Shown: positions 1 to 11,481 of the stretch, piece by piece
Layout: each line of letters starts with the position of its first letter
Position numbering within the stretch: position 1 is the stretch's first letter
Source of the DNA: Octopus bimaculoides
Taxonomy: Eukaryota
Length of the DNA: 56,011 nt
Direction: 5' to 3'
NCBI RefSeq assembly: GCF_001194135.2
Contig: NC_068981.1
Coordinates: 45,577,537-45,633,547 of the forward strand
Notes under the pieces: model-generated
The model's input: the letters and a program-made list of their open reading frames with translations, nothing else
The model's database searches: none
What the model was told of the DNA's origin: nothing
Made by a program: the position numbers and the translations under genes

Positions 1-194
1 TACTACATTTTCACAATTTTCGGTATCTTGACATCTAAAGCAGCTGCAGATATGATAGTTTGACCAAAAGGACCAGCTATTGAAAGCAAGAATATATATT
101 GAGAAAAAGCACTTAGCTACGTTTGGTCATACGAAATTTTAACATAATAGTAACGATATGTATGTATATATGTATGTGTGTGTATATGTTTGTA

Positions 195-400
195 TGTCTG
201 TGTTTGTCCCCCCAACTTCTCTTGACAACCGATGCTTGTGTGTTTACGTACCCGTAACTTAGTGGTTCGGCAAAAAGTGTCCGATAGAAAAAAAGTACTA
301 AGCTTACAAAGAATAAGTCCTGGGGTTGATTTGCTCGACTAAAGGTGGTGCCCCAGCATGGCCGCAGTCAAAATGACTGAAACAAGTAAAAGAGTAAAAA
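195..400 (+). mobile_element. SINE family A, 3' half
   Basis: Shares cttgacaaccgatg...gtaacttag(t/c)ggttcggcaa...aagtact...gaataagtcctgggg...tcgacta...aatgactgaa with the copies at 10846-11182 and 49111-49570. Confidence 0.85.
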
Positions 401-664
401 TAGTATATATATCTGGTGTTGCTATTATACAAAAATGTAGTAAGTCGAAAACATTACTTTTTCAGAAAACGATAGCAAATCTGTTGTACTACATTTTCAC
501 AATTTTCGGTATCTTGACATCTAAAGCAGCTGCAGATATGATAGTTTGACCAAAAGGACCAGCTATTGAAAGCAAGAATATATATTGAGAAAAAGCACTT
601 AGCTACGTTTGGTCATACGAAATTTTAACATAATAGTAACGATATGTATGTATACACATATCTG

Positions 665-918
665 GGGAGAGGTCACAAAAAAAAACGAAGACTGATGATG
701 TAGATAACAAACAGATGTATTAGTTTAACGCTCGGGAAGTGAAAAAGTGTTAAACGTTTCGAGCCTACGCTCTTACACCGATAGGAAGACAGTAATAAAC
801 AAGGAAAGATAATAAAGAATGTGTAGTGGCTAGCGATATATCATGGCGAATGCCGGACAGAGGGGTCACACAGTAGAGCTAGGAAGAAGGGGAGATAATA
901 AAGTAGTGGTGATCCCCC

Positions 919-925
<7 letters not shown>
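665..925 (-). mobile_element. Penelope-type dispersed repeat (pseudo-LTR-like) with decayed hammerhead motif, copy 1
   Basis: Aligns by eye with 19965-20235 (tgtattagtttaacgctcggga.gtga, acgtttc.agcctacgctctt, aaagta.tggtgatccc). The minus strand reads gagc-gtag-gctc-gaaa-cgt at 754-773. Confidence 0.6.
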
Positions 926-963
<38 letters not shown>

Positions 964-1269
964 ATTGTTAAGTTTTATTTCACTATTTCTTCCCAGTCCA
1001 GAAAGAACGGTTTCTAACCTAGATTCAAGGTTACTTCAGTGCAATTACAACATCAACAACAAAGTATTTTTGTTTGTTTGTTTGTTTGTCTGCCTGTATG
1101 TATGTCTATATGTATGTATGTATGTATGTGTGTATCTATGTATGTATGGGTGGATGGATGGCTGGATGGATGTATGGATGGATGAATGGATATGTGCAGA
1201 TTTGTGCTTTATGCATGTATTCTCATGCATATAGCTGCATATCTAGATATGCTCATATATATTGAAATT

Positions 1270-1705
1270 ATAAACTTCAGGAAAGTTTTCCACAATTTTA
1301 CAGCTCCAGTGATGGATTTGATCTGTAGTATTCGAATTAGCATTCTCCTGTCTGGATTTGAGGATCCTAATTTTTCAAAATTGGTATTTAAGCATTGTGT
1401 TACATACCCCAGGACCCCAATAATTGCAATTATAAACTTAAACCTGTAATGAGAATAGAGAGACAGCAAATTTCTCAATAGTTCCACGTAGGTATTCTAA
1501 TTTTCACTGATCAGCTTTATGTTAACATCCGCTGGGTAGCTAATTTGCACATCTTTACAAAATTTCTCTTCTTATCCCAAATCATTATAGCAGGTCTGTT
1601 GTGCTAACATTTTATTCAGGTCTTCATTGGGACATTCCACCATTATTCTTTTTTTATTAAGAGTGGCTATGGCTTCTACAATTGTGTGGGTTTTATTTCT
1701 TTGTC
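1270..1705 (-). mobile_element. R4/Dong-like non-LTR retrotransposon, decayed C-terminal restriction-like endonuclease region
   Basis: Minus translation ...QISYPADVNIKLISEN*NTYVELLRNLLSLYSHYRFKFIIAIIGVLGYVTQCLNTNFEKLG...LQIKSITGAVKLWKTFLKF matches the recalled R4/Dong C-terminal pattern (D-x-PxD...KY.EL...IIGALG...LQ..A..GT..I.K..L). It contains in-frame stops. Confidence 0.75.
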
Positions 1706-2139
1706 CTCGTATGTATGTATATATATATATATATATATATATTGGAATAGGAACACACACCAAAAGTCTATTTACTATGTAATTAATTCACACGTGCAGC
1801 TAGATTGAGTAACTGATATATCATTTTAGCCTTGACAGCTCTCATTACGAAGTATGATGTTAACCCATAAGTTTACCTTATAAATTGTAGTCGTTAGTAT
1901 AATTGTAGAAAACACGACGAAAATCAGGCAGAGAGAAATTTGATAAAAGAAAGAAAATATAGGTATGGAAAGAGAAGGAAGAAATACATCAAAGGCAGTG
2001 CAAGGAGTGAGTATAATTAAGTACAAAATGATTAAACAGGCATAAACCTCAATCTTAGAGAATATCAAGAAAGATAAAGACAGGAGTGACGGCAGCAGTA
2101 GCAGCAACAGAAAAAGAGAAAAAAAAGTAAAATAAGACG

Positions 2140-2295
2140 ACGACAATGATGACGACGACGACGACAACGACGACAACGACGAAGAAGAAGAAGAAGAAGA
2201 AGAAGAAGAAGAAGAAGAAGAAGAAGAAGAAGAAGAAGAAGAAGAAGAAGAAGAAGAAGAAGAAGAAGAAGACGAAGAAGAAGAAGAAGAAGAAG

Positions 2296-2327
<32 letters not shown>

Positions 2328-2370
2328 GAAGAAGAAGAAGAAGAAGAAGAAGAAGAAGAAGAAGAAGAAT
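2140..2370 (+). repeat. Compound (GAC)n/(GAA)n microsatellite
   Basis: Directly visible; source of the poly-S and poly-K ORFs. Confidence 0.98.
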
Positions 2371-2799
2371 ATCGAGAAGGAGAAGGAAGAGACAGAAAAT
2401 AAAACAAAATCAGAGAGCGATAATAAAAAAATTAAAAAATACTAGGCGCCGGGAAGGAGAATAAATTATAGATTAATAGGGTTCGAATACAAGATCAAGG
2501 TAAAGAAAGATTAGAGTCCCGGCCATTTTCAGTGGACCGTAACATCAGTAACAAAGCTTTTGGTACCACTAACTTGCTACGGTATGCAATAAACATACAA
2601 ACAGATCAGCACGCAGATACATTTACACACACAAACACGCACACACTCATATGTAGACTAAGTTACAAGTTGGTACATCAGTATAAACTTGTTCATTTTT
2701 TGTTACTTTTTGTGGTTTTAGTATCAGTACTGCTATCATGCTGGAGCACCGTCTTGGTTTATTTTCTTTCAATTTCATTGTCGCTTTATCGCTGAAAGT

Positions 2800-3000
2800 T
2801 AATCTTTGACTGAGTTTGTATCATTGAATGGTTGGCTGATCCGGTATTTTCGTTAGATGTTTATCCAATTTTCTTTTTTTTTTTTAATTCTTCATCAAAG
2901 ATGTCTTTTATTTCCCTGATTTCTTCAGATAGGCAGTTGAACAACAAAGAACCTCTAAATATTAGGATTTTCCATACGTATATGATAATATATGTATCTC
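2800..3000 (-). mobile_element. CR1-clade LINE 3' end remnant
   Basis: Minus translation RFFVVQLPI*RNQG...KRKLDKHLTKIPDQPT resembles the CR1/L2 ORF2 terminus (RLFN.LP..IR...FK..LD..L..IPDQP). Confidence 0.6.
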
Positions 3001-3124
3001 TTTGGAGAGAGTAGAGACGCAGAGATTTGAGACGTTCTCAGTAATTAAGTCTTATAACGCAAGTTATTTGCTTATTTAAACCATTCTATGCGACAGGACG
3101 AGTCCGGACACCTAAACTGTTAAA

Positions 3125-3160
<36 letters not shown>

Positions 3161-3496
3161 ACCCTCTATATATCTATCCCACTATCTATCTACCTATCTA
3201 TCTTTTTTCTTACCCATCTCCCCCTCTCGCTCTGCATCCTTCTGTTGTCCTGGCTTCTATTTCACTGCTATACACATCTCTCTCTTCCTCCTTGTTCCAC
3301 TTCCTCCCTCTACCATCCTCTCTGCTCACGCGTGACCTGTGGTCAACTCTCTCTTTTCACTCCAGCCACAATGTTTTCTCTCCGTCCAGCTTCGTCATAT
3401 CACTAGCGTTCAAGATCTTTGCGTCTGTGATTGCGCGCTCACATATATATAAATGCGTGTGTAGATAGAAAGATAGATAGATAAATAGATAGATAA

Positions 3497-3536
<40 letters not shown>

Positions 3537-3877
3537 GTATGTAAACGTATAAGCTTACGTACGTGAGCATATTGATAGAGATAGACGAGGTATTGAGAGA
3601 AGAGACCAATAAACAAAGAAGTCCCAAAAGTATCAGCTATACCTAAAAAAAGAATGTTATTAGAGAACTATTGAACGTAATTTATTCGACGTTATATATA
3701 AATCATGTTTGGAGACCACTGTAAGCGTTTAACAAATATGTGATTTACTTCGTTTTTATGGGTTAACTAATTGTAAATATATGTGAAGAGTGAAAAAAAT
3801 ATAAATAAAACATAAATGGAATTAAAGAACATCCATTCAGAAAGTAATAGTTAGAGAAGAGAAGTGTGTGGGTGTGT

Positions 3878-4204
3878 GTAGTGGCGTGGCTTAGAGGGTA
3901 GGCTATTTAGCTCAGGATCACGTGGTCACGAGTTCGATTCCCTGCAGCGCATTGTGTCCTTGAGCAAAACATTTCATTTCACGTTGCTCCAATCCATTCA
4001 ACTGACAAAAGTGAGTAGTACCTTTTTTTTTCAAAGGGCCAGCCTTCTCACGTCCTGCATCACGCTGAACCTCCATCAGAATTACGTTAAAGGTACACGT
4101 GACTGTGGAGTGCTCAGCCACTTGCATGTTAATTTCACGAGCAGAGTATTCCGTTGATGGGATCGACTAGAACCCTCGTCCTCGTATACAACGGACTGCC
4201 AGTG

Positions 4205-4205
<1 letters not shown>
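3878..4205 (+). mobile_element. SINE family B (tRNA-derived head)
   Basis: Head gtggcgtggcttagagggtagg...gagttcgattccc has A/B-box-like motifs. The body aligns with 37612-37905 and with the reverse complement of 26530-26700, and ends in a (TA)n tail. Confidence 0.85.
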
Positions 4206-4243
<38 letters not shown>

Positions 4244-5534
4244 CAAACATATATATACGTACGAAGATCATATCTTTATTTTAGAACTTTTAAGTGCTCT
4301 GCCAGGTGGGAGATCCAAAATCAGTTTCAATTGAATCAACGTTTACATATATATGTATGTGTGTGTATGTATATATGTATATTCATACATACAAACATAC
4401 ACACACAAACAAACACACACAAACACACACACGCATACACACACACACGCATATAAACATATATCAGTGCGCGTATATAAATTCAATATGTATGTACAAT
4501 TTGACAGATAGATATATAGATAAAAAAAATATTTTTATATATGTGTGTGTGTGTGTATACGAGTGCATATACTATTTCCTGCATATCTACATAAAATATA
4601 TATTAAATGTTACTTAATAGCAGCCATCTCAAAATTTTGTCCAAGAAAGTGTGATCGGGTAGACACTGGTGTTAGTAAAAACAGGAGTATATTAGCATCT
4701 ATCCTTCTGTTGTAAATTTGACTACTTCTTTCAGGTCGTGATTAAGGTGCTTGGGATATGCTTATGACAGTTAGATTACTTTGTATAGTCTCTGTGAATG
4801 ATGGTAAGAACAAAAGCGGGAAGTTATTGTCTAACTGCATTCCCCGAAACATTTTAGAACCGACATTACTAAGGTACAATGAGTCAGGCGTCTCCATTAG
4901 CCTGCGGAACGGATGAAATCTGCCCAACAAATAAGGGTTTAGGATAGAAACAGAAAGTACCGACTGAACACATCTAATATAGTTGGACGTCGCTTTAAAA
5001 TGAACAAATATACAATCAATTCGACACCTTGTAATTGCTCTCCCAGGTGGGAGAATTTGCTCAATGTAACAACCGATACAAGCAAATTATACTTATATTT
5101 AGGGGAACCAGATACTTTCCGGGCCATAATGAACGAAATATTTGGTACTCTTTCTGATTTTGATACTACTATTTTTGCTTTTGTTGCTTCTGTTGGAGAT
5201 ATCGTTGTTATCTTTGTTATTGTTGTTGTGGATTCACTCAACTTGGCACTGAGCTGTTGTGTGGCCATCCATTTCAACGTATATCTAGAATTTTATTCAC
5301 CAATGAGATTTAACTTCTAACTATAGAGACGTGATTTGAAGGTGTTCTTTTTTCTTTTCATTTGTTGTTGCTGTTCCAGCGACAACTTGGAGACAAATTT
5401 ATCAGATCGATAATTTCTCAGATTCTTTGTAAATGTAAAGATACAGGATTGATTCAATGTAGTTGCGTTTCCATGGATATATAACAAGGAAATTAAATGT
5501 CTAACACTGAACTACTAATGCTTATATATATATA

Positions 5535-5986
5535 NNNNNNNNNNNNNNNNNNNNNNNNNNNNNNNNNNNNNNNNNNNNNNNNNNNNNNNNNNNNNNNNNN
5601 NNNNNNNNNNNNNNNNNNNNNNNNNNNNNNNNNNNNNNNNNNNNNNNNNNNNNNNNNNNNNNNNNNNNNNNNNNNNNNNNNNNNNNNNNNNNNNNNNNNN
5701 NNNNNNNNNNNNNNNNNNNNNNNNNNNNNNNNNNNNNNNNNNNNNNNNNNNNNNNNNNNNNNNNNNNNNNNNNNNNNNNNNNNNNNNNNNNNNNNNNNNN
5801 NNNNNNNNNNNNNNNNNNNNNNNNNNNNNNNNNNNNNNNNNNNNNNNNNNNNNNNNNNNNNNNNNNNNNNNNNNNNNNNNNNNNNNNNNNNNNNNNNNNN
5901 NNNNNNNNNNNNNNNNNNNNNNNNNNNNNNNNNNNNNNNNNNNNNNNNNNNNNNNNNNNNNNNNNNNNNNNNNNNNNNNNNNNNNN
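5535..5986. other. Assembly gap (N run)
   Basis: N bases flanked by (TA)n. Confidence 1.
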
Positions 5987-6364
5987 TATATATATATATA
6001 TTCATATATATATGTTTAAATGCGTATATATGTGTGTGGGTGTATATACGCAAATATGTACGTATATATGTTACTATATTCATTTTTACAAATACAGTTT
6101 TACAGAACGTCGGAGTTTCGTGAGATTTACTAGCTGCCATCAGAGAATCAGATCACGGCTAATAAGCCGAAGCCTTTAGTCAGTCTCACCTTGTAAGAGG
6201 TAATAAATATAATACACTATTGAAATACTATTAAGTGAACCTTCAATATATTGTTGAAATGTATTTATAAATTTCACTAGAACAAACCTTATACATATAC
6301 ATTCACACACGTAGTTATATAATCCTATTATTATTACTATTGAGTGAGTACAGCGCACGCTATT

Positions 6365-6800
6365 AAAGTGACACTGGGTTACGAATATAGGAAGCTCAAT
6401 ATACCCATCAGGACTACTCGTCTGATAAGGGTACATCAGGCACATGCATAGCAATCATGGTGATCTTATATGAAGATAATTGGCGCATCATCATGCAAAT
6501 GAGATCCCGTCAGAATTTTTTTCATGTCGAGTAGCCCTTCCTGCGCAAAATGCCTCTGAATAAGGTTTGGTGAATCCATGTTTCTTGAAGTAAAATAATT
6601 CAAACACCAAAGAATTTCTCTCAACACATATGGTCAGCCACCAGGGAACATGCACAACAGGTCGTGGTCAAGCAATGCACATGGAAATCTGTGGTACTGA
6701 ACATGATATTTGCTGTAGCCCATCTATTAGGTCATGACAAAACTTGTATATAGCACTTACAGTCAGTTAAGATCAATAACCATGAGCGCCACCACCTGGT
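6365..6800 (+). mobile_element. Interspersed repeat (recalled as a common Octopus-type non-LTR/SINE-like 3' sequence)
   Basis: gacactgggttacgaatataggaagctcaatatacccatcaggactactcgtctgataagggtacatcaggcacatgc... ends next to a (CAT)n run. Recognition is from memory only; there is no second copy in the window. Confidence 0.5.
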
Positions 6801-6815
6801 ACGGCATCAGGGGAC

Positions 6816-6817
<2 letters not shown>

Positions 6818-6902
<85 letters not shown>

Positions 6903-6918
6903 CATCACCATCATCACC

Positions 6919-7003
<85 letters not shown>
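6818..7003 (+). repeat. (CAT)n microsatellite
   Basis: Directly visible. Confidence 0.98.
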
Positions 7004-7559
7004 ATGATAAGACCATCTGTATATTATAGTTTCATGACAGACACTGACTCTCAATGTTCCATGCCATAATCGCTAGATACATTCACCAGGCCTCGTCCGA
7101 TATGCTGTAGAAAAGACTCACGGAGGACAGAAAACATCCATAACTCCGTAGTCCACAGTGTGTAAGTAGTGTTTTCAGACCTCAAGTAGCAAAGAGATCC
7201 GGCCGTGCTCTCACATTCAGACATGGCAATAATTGCTAAATTGACATATCCATTGTTTAACATGAATTTCTACGTTAATAGCCATTGACTCTCATAAGGC
7301 TATAATATTATATGAATAATAACTATAAACTATCAATGCTACTACCTTAGCTATGAGTGCCTGTTTGTTTTCTTCTGGTACATTAAAAATGGTTTGTCAA
7401 CAACTACAAATACATACCAACTCGCAAATAGTGTCATATATAGAGAGATAGGTGGCTGTATGTGCATTATCAGCGAAAAACTAACATACATTCACATGTA
7501 TCGTGTATTGTGTACTTATTACAACCAAAAAAAATCTGAGTCGTACACATTTAACGCTT

Positions 7560-7846
7560 CAATTTATAACATCACATTAATGCTTACATATATGCTTCTA
7601 AGATAAGACTTCCTAGTAAAATAGGATTCTATGCTGAGATCAAAATGAGTCGTCGTATTCATGAGCCCCGGCCCTCATCATTAACTTGTCTTAATTCTCT
7701 TAATAGAATACTGTGCTTTATCCGTTCGTTTCCTTCAAAGAATATGGCTAGGATTTCAGAAACTGAAATTATTTCAAGACTTCATTTAGAACTTATGTAT
7801 CATCTTCAAGATGTATGCTTCATTCTTCTTTGTTGAAAATAGATCA

Positions 7847-7916
<70 letters not shown>

Positions 7917-8345
7917 TAAACATGCATTTTTAACAGAGGTTTATTTGTTTACCTATTGCATCATAGATCAAAGGATATTAAATTTGCTCAAGTGCCATAC
8001 CTGACTTGATTTGCTGTTTATTTCAATTGTCTACATATCCGGAATTGGACATACCATTAAAATAAACGGAAAATGTAACTGCTCCCAAGTATATTTTTTG
8101 CACAATATAAGTCACATGGGTGTTCCTATGACTAGCACTCGGTCTTCGTTGATTTGGGAATTACCGTAAACTTTCCTTGTGACATAACTCTTATCTTACC
8201 ATTTAGAGTTTTCTCTCAAGTGTATAGTTTTCTCACATAACTGTCCAGCAATATTTCTTCATATGCTCTTGAGTAATTTATTTCCAGTGTTTTCCGGAAG
8301 CTGCTTCCATTAGGACACAAGCGCACCAATGTAAATGGCAATATT
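7560..8345 (-). mobile_element. R4/Dong-like RT remnant, heavily decayed, interrupted by (TAAA)/(TAA)n at about 7848-7917
   Basis: Minus-strand pieces in different frames, VS*WKQLPENTGNKLLKSI, RVMSQGKFTVIPKSTKT and RTDKAQYSIKR...GPGLMN, resemble NWKAPG.D...N.WLK, WL..G.T.LIPK and D.DRLY..R..GGRGL. Confidence 0.45.
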
Positions 8346-8719
8346 TAAATTATAATTATGGTTGAATGCCTAAAATAGAAAACTTCACGTTGATTAAAAA
8401 CATCTCAAGCTACTGACTATCAAACAAATATTTCGATTACGAAATGTGACCTATAGGCAGGTGTAATATTTGTATCACGGAAAGAAATTCAGAACGAGGG
8501 TGCTAGCACTTCCTTCGTTCAGTTTTCTCAAACAGATACCGAAAAAGACAATTAAGGAATAGTTTCTCTCCTTCTCCCACACCCATAAAAATACACACGC
8601 GCACATAAATATATGACAATGTGTTTGTGTGCATATATGTGTATACGTCTGTGCATGTTTACGTATGGATTAATTCAGACGCTCTTATTTATTTAATATG
8701 CATAAAGCTATAAAATGGA

Positions 8720-9130
8720 TAACACAATACTGACTGTAAAGAATAATATACTTTATGAACAGTTGTAATATGAACATATCCTCTAGCCTGGAAGTTTGAA
8801 TTAGCGATCAAAATATAAAGAGAACATATTGGCAGCTTCACCAGCCATGTATGAAATGAGAACTGGTGAGTTCTCCTAAGAATATGCAATTTTAAAGGAG
8901 AGATGCAACGGGATCACAGAGAGTCTGGTGTTGAAAGGGTGGTGTAAAAAGTAGAAGTCGTAGTGTCGGTGAGAATGATAGGTATATATCTTGATGTGTT
9001 CGTTTCTCAGATGTTGTGGTGTATGGCAGCGAGATCACGAATAAGTTTAACGAGTTGACACAATATCAACAAGGGAAATAAAAAGAAGAAAGTAAATCAA
9101 GCTGAGTATACTTAACAAAGGTTTCAAATA
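8720..9130 (-). mobile_element. Penelope-like element, RT C-terminal remnant
   Basis: Minus pieces TTSEKRTHQDIYLSFS, YDFYFLHHPFNTRLSVIPLHLSFKI and NFQARGYVH resemble Penelope YRKPT.T..YL...SHHP...K..IP..LA.RI and L..RGYP. Confidence 0.5.
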
Positions 9131-9689
9131 AGTACGACAGATTGCTTCTGTGAGTATCTATTTCATACTTAATAAATGACTATTGAAATGAATGTATTGC
9201 CGTATGAATTTCTGGACTTGGTGAGCGGGTGTGAAATGCCATATTGTTGATTAATGACGAAAGTGAAATATTGTTCTGAACTGGTGTAGCTATATTGTTA
9301 CAGATGACTATGTATGTAAGTACACGCCAAGATGCAGACATATGTTTAAGCATATAAGAACATAAGTATATATAGAAGAACATGCATACGCGTATGCATG
9401 CACGCATAAAAAAAAATACGTTAGTTATTGATACATAAATATATAAATACACGCACAAAAATAACAAGGCTAGTTAAAGATACATATATATATGAAGATA
9501 GGTTTATACATAATCCTTTATGAAGATCCGTATATATGTAAATGCATATGCCGAAGTTGGAAATGTACAGCTTACAAGATGTTATCCCCAACACAAACAC
9601 AGATCTACATATAGATATGGTTATACACAAAAATGCACAATCATATATAAATACATACAGAAACTCAGGCAGCTACGCCTATTTAAATG

Positions 9690-10100
9690 CCGTTAGCTGA
9701 GTCATTCTGTTGTAAGCATTCCAGCAGTGTCTTCAGTTTGATCATAATTTCCTGTAAGCTATACTTCTTTAATTCCATACTCAAGATTGCTAATACTTTT
9801 CATCATTACAAAGTTGACTCAAATGAAAAAGTTGTTCAGTCTCTCAACACATTTCTTCTGGCGTAAAAAAATAACAAATGCTCTCGCAATCAAATCAATG
9901 ATATTGATGACTACAACTGGCTGGAATTAACTGTACCGTATAATATTGTTCCACAAGGCATTCGTTTGTTGTTGTATAATCATTTGCTTCGGAAGCAAAA
10001 CAACCGAGAAATGATCCTTCAGATAACTAGTCTTTTCAGGACTACAGTCGTGCAGTACAAAACACCTTTCGGTTAACGACGAATTGTTACGATCACTTGT
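9690..10100 (-). mobile_element. pogo/Tigger-like DDE transposase remnant
   Basis: Minus pieces TVNSSQL*SSISLI*LREHLLFFYARRNVL and RHCWNAYNRMTQLTAFK*A are weakly like LPPNTTS.LQP.D.GII..FK..Y.RR and AW..V...T....W. Confidence 0.3.
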
Positions 10101-10709
10101 AATTCTTTTGTAGGATAAAACTTTATTAACTATTTTATTCCAATCATTGGGTAACGCTTATTATGCAAGCCGTAAAAGACCGAAGTTAGAGACAAATTTC
10201 TGCTCAATACTCTCTCCATATTTCTACAATTCTGCAAGGATACAACTGTCGTGTTCCATGAATGTAGTGATGTTTTAGTTTGACGAGTGTTCTAAAGAAA
10301 CCTTTATTTATATAGAATATACTCCTGCTTCAAGTATCAAAGAAACTAGTGGTTGCTGATTTGAAGTTCTTCGAAAATTTCAAAACTCTTTCTGAAAGCT
10401 AGCTTCACTGATTATTTGAACGGATCCATCACTACTCACTTTGCTTTTATACCTCTGCCACGTATTTCGATATATAGTTTCTTGGTTAACATATAAACTG
10501 TTCTGGTAGCATTAATGTATTATACACTTGCGTATCGATGGGTCTGAAATTCAAACTACTCTTCATGTGTCTTTTGCAAATTCATTTTATTCTTACATTC
10601 ACAGGTTTGCTGTCTTCGTCTGCTACATTACACTCTTGCAGGATACCTTTTGATCTGTTTTCTATTTTGCATTATCAACCTTTATCCGTTCTTCCCTTAT
10701 GCTGACTAT

Positions 10710-10845
10710 ACAGAGTAGAACCTCGGTTTTCGAAGAACTCTGATCACGAATAAATTGTACTTTATGTCTTACCTTTTTCATATTCATTTAATACGGTTAT
10801 ACCTCGGTTTACGAACGTCTCTGATCACGAATAAATCGTGCTTTT
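10710..10845 (+). mobile_element. Two Tigger/pogo-like terminal-repeat ends in the same orientation
   Basis: cagagtagaacctcggttttcgaagaactctgatcacgaataaat (about 10711-10755) and ggttatacctcggtttacgaacgtctctgatcacgaataaat (about 10795-10836) are near-identical and resemble CAGT-N-ACCTCG type TIRs. Confidence 0.5.
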
Positions 10846-11182
10846 GTGTAGTAAGTAGCTTGCTTATCAACCACATAGTTCTGGGTTCAGTACCACTGCG
10901 TGGCACCTTGGGCAAGTATCTTCTACTATAGCATCGGGCCGACCAAAGCCTTGTGAGCGGATTTGGTAGACGGAAACTGAAAAGAAACCCGTCGTATATA
11001 TATGTATATATATATATATGTGTGTATGTGTGTTTGTGTGTCTATGTTTGAACCCCCCAAATTCGCTTGACAACTGATGCTGGTGTGTTTGGTTTCCCGT
11101 AACTTAGTGGTTCGGCAAAATAGACCGATATAATAAGTACTAGGCCTACGGAGAATAAGTCCTGGGGTCGATTTGCTCGACC
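10846..11182 (+). mobile_element. SINE family A, truncated by assembly gap
   Basis: gtagtaagtagcttgcttatcaaccacatagttctgggttcagtaccactgcgtggcaccttgggcaag..., then an internal (TA)/(TG) tract and a 3' half matching 195-400. Confidence 0.9.
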
Positions 11183-11443
11183 NNNNNNNNNNNNNNNNNN
11201 NNNNNNNNNNNNNNNNNNNNNNNNNNNNNNNNNNNNNNNNNNNNNNNNNNNNNNNNNNNNNNNNNNNNNNNNNNNNNNNNNNNNNNNNNNNNNNNNNNNN
11301 NNNNNNNNNNNNNNNNNNNNNNNNNNNNNNNNNNNNNNNNNNNNNNNNNNNNNNNNNNNNNNNNNNNNNNNNNNNNNNNNNNNNNNNNNNNNNNNNNNNN
11401 NNNNNNNNNNNNNNNNNNNNNNNNNNNNNNNNNNNNNNNNNNN
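11183..11443. other. Assembly gap (N run)
   Basis: N bases. Confidence 1.

Positions 11444-11481
<38 letters not shown>

Noticed and set aside
1826-2407. Long poly-S, poly-K, poly-I, poly-L, poly-H and CV/YI ORFs here and at 6734, 13214, 14621, 28362, 45594, 51449, 53724 and 54122
   Set aside because: Translations of di- and tri-nucleotide microsatellites, not genes.
3878-3950. tRNA-like sequences at SINE heads (also 37612 and 49111)
   Set aside because: A/B-box-like motifs continue into SINE bodies; no cloverleaf could be built, so they are not tRNA genes.
5493-6140. ORFs containing X runs (also at 10926, 16360, 23682, 25595, 26862 and 44295)
   Set aside because: They are open only because they span N gaps.
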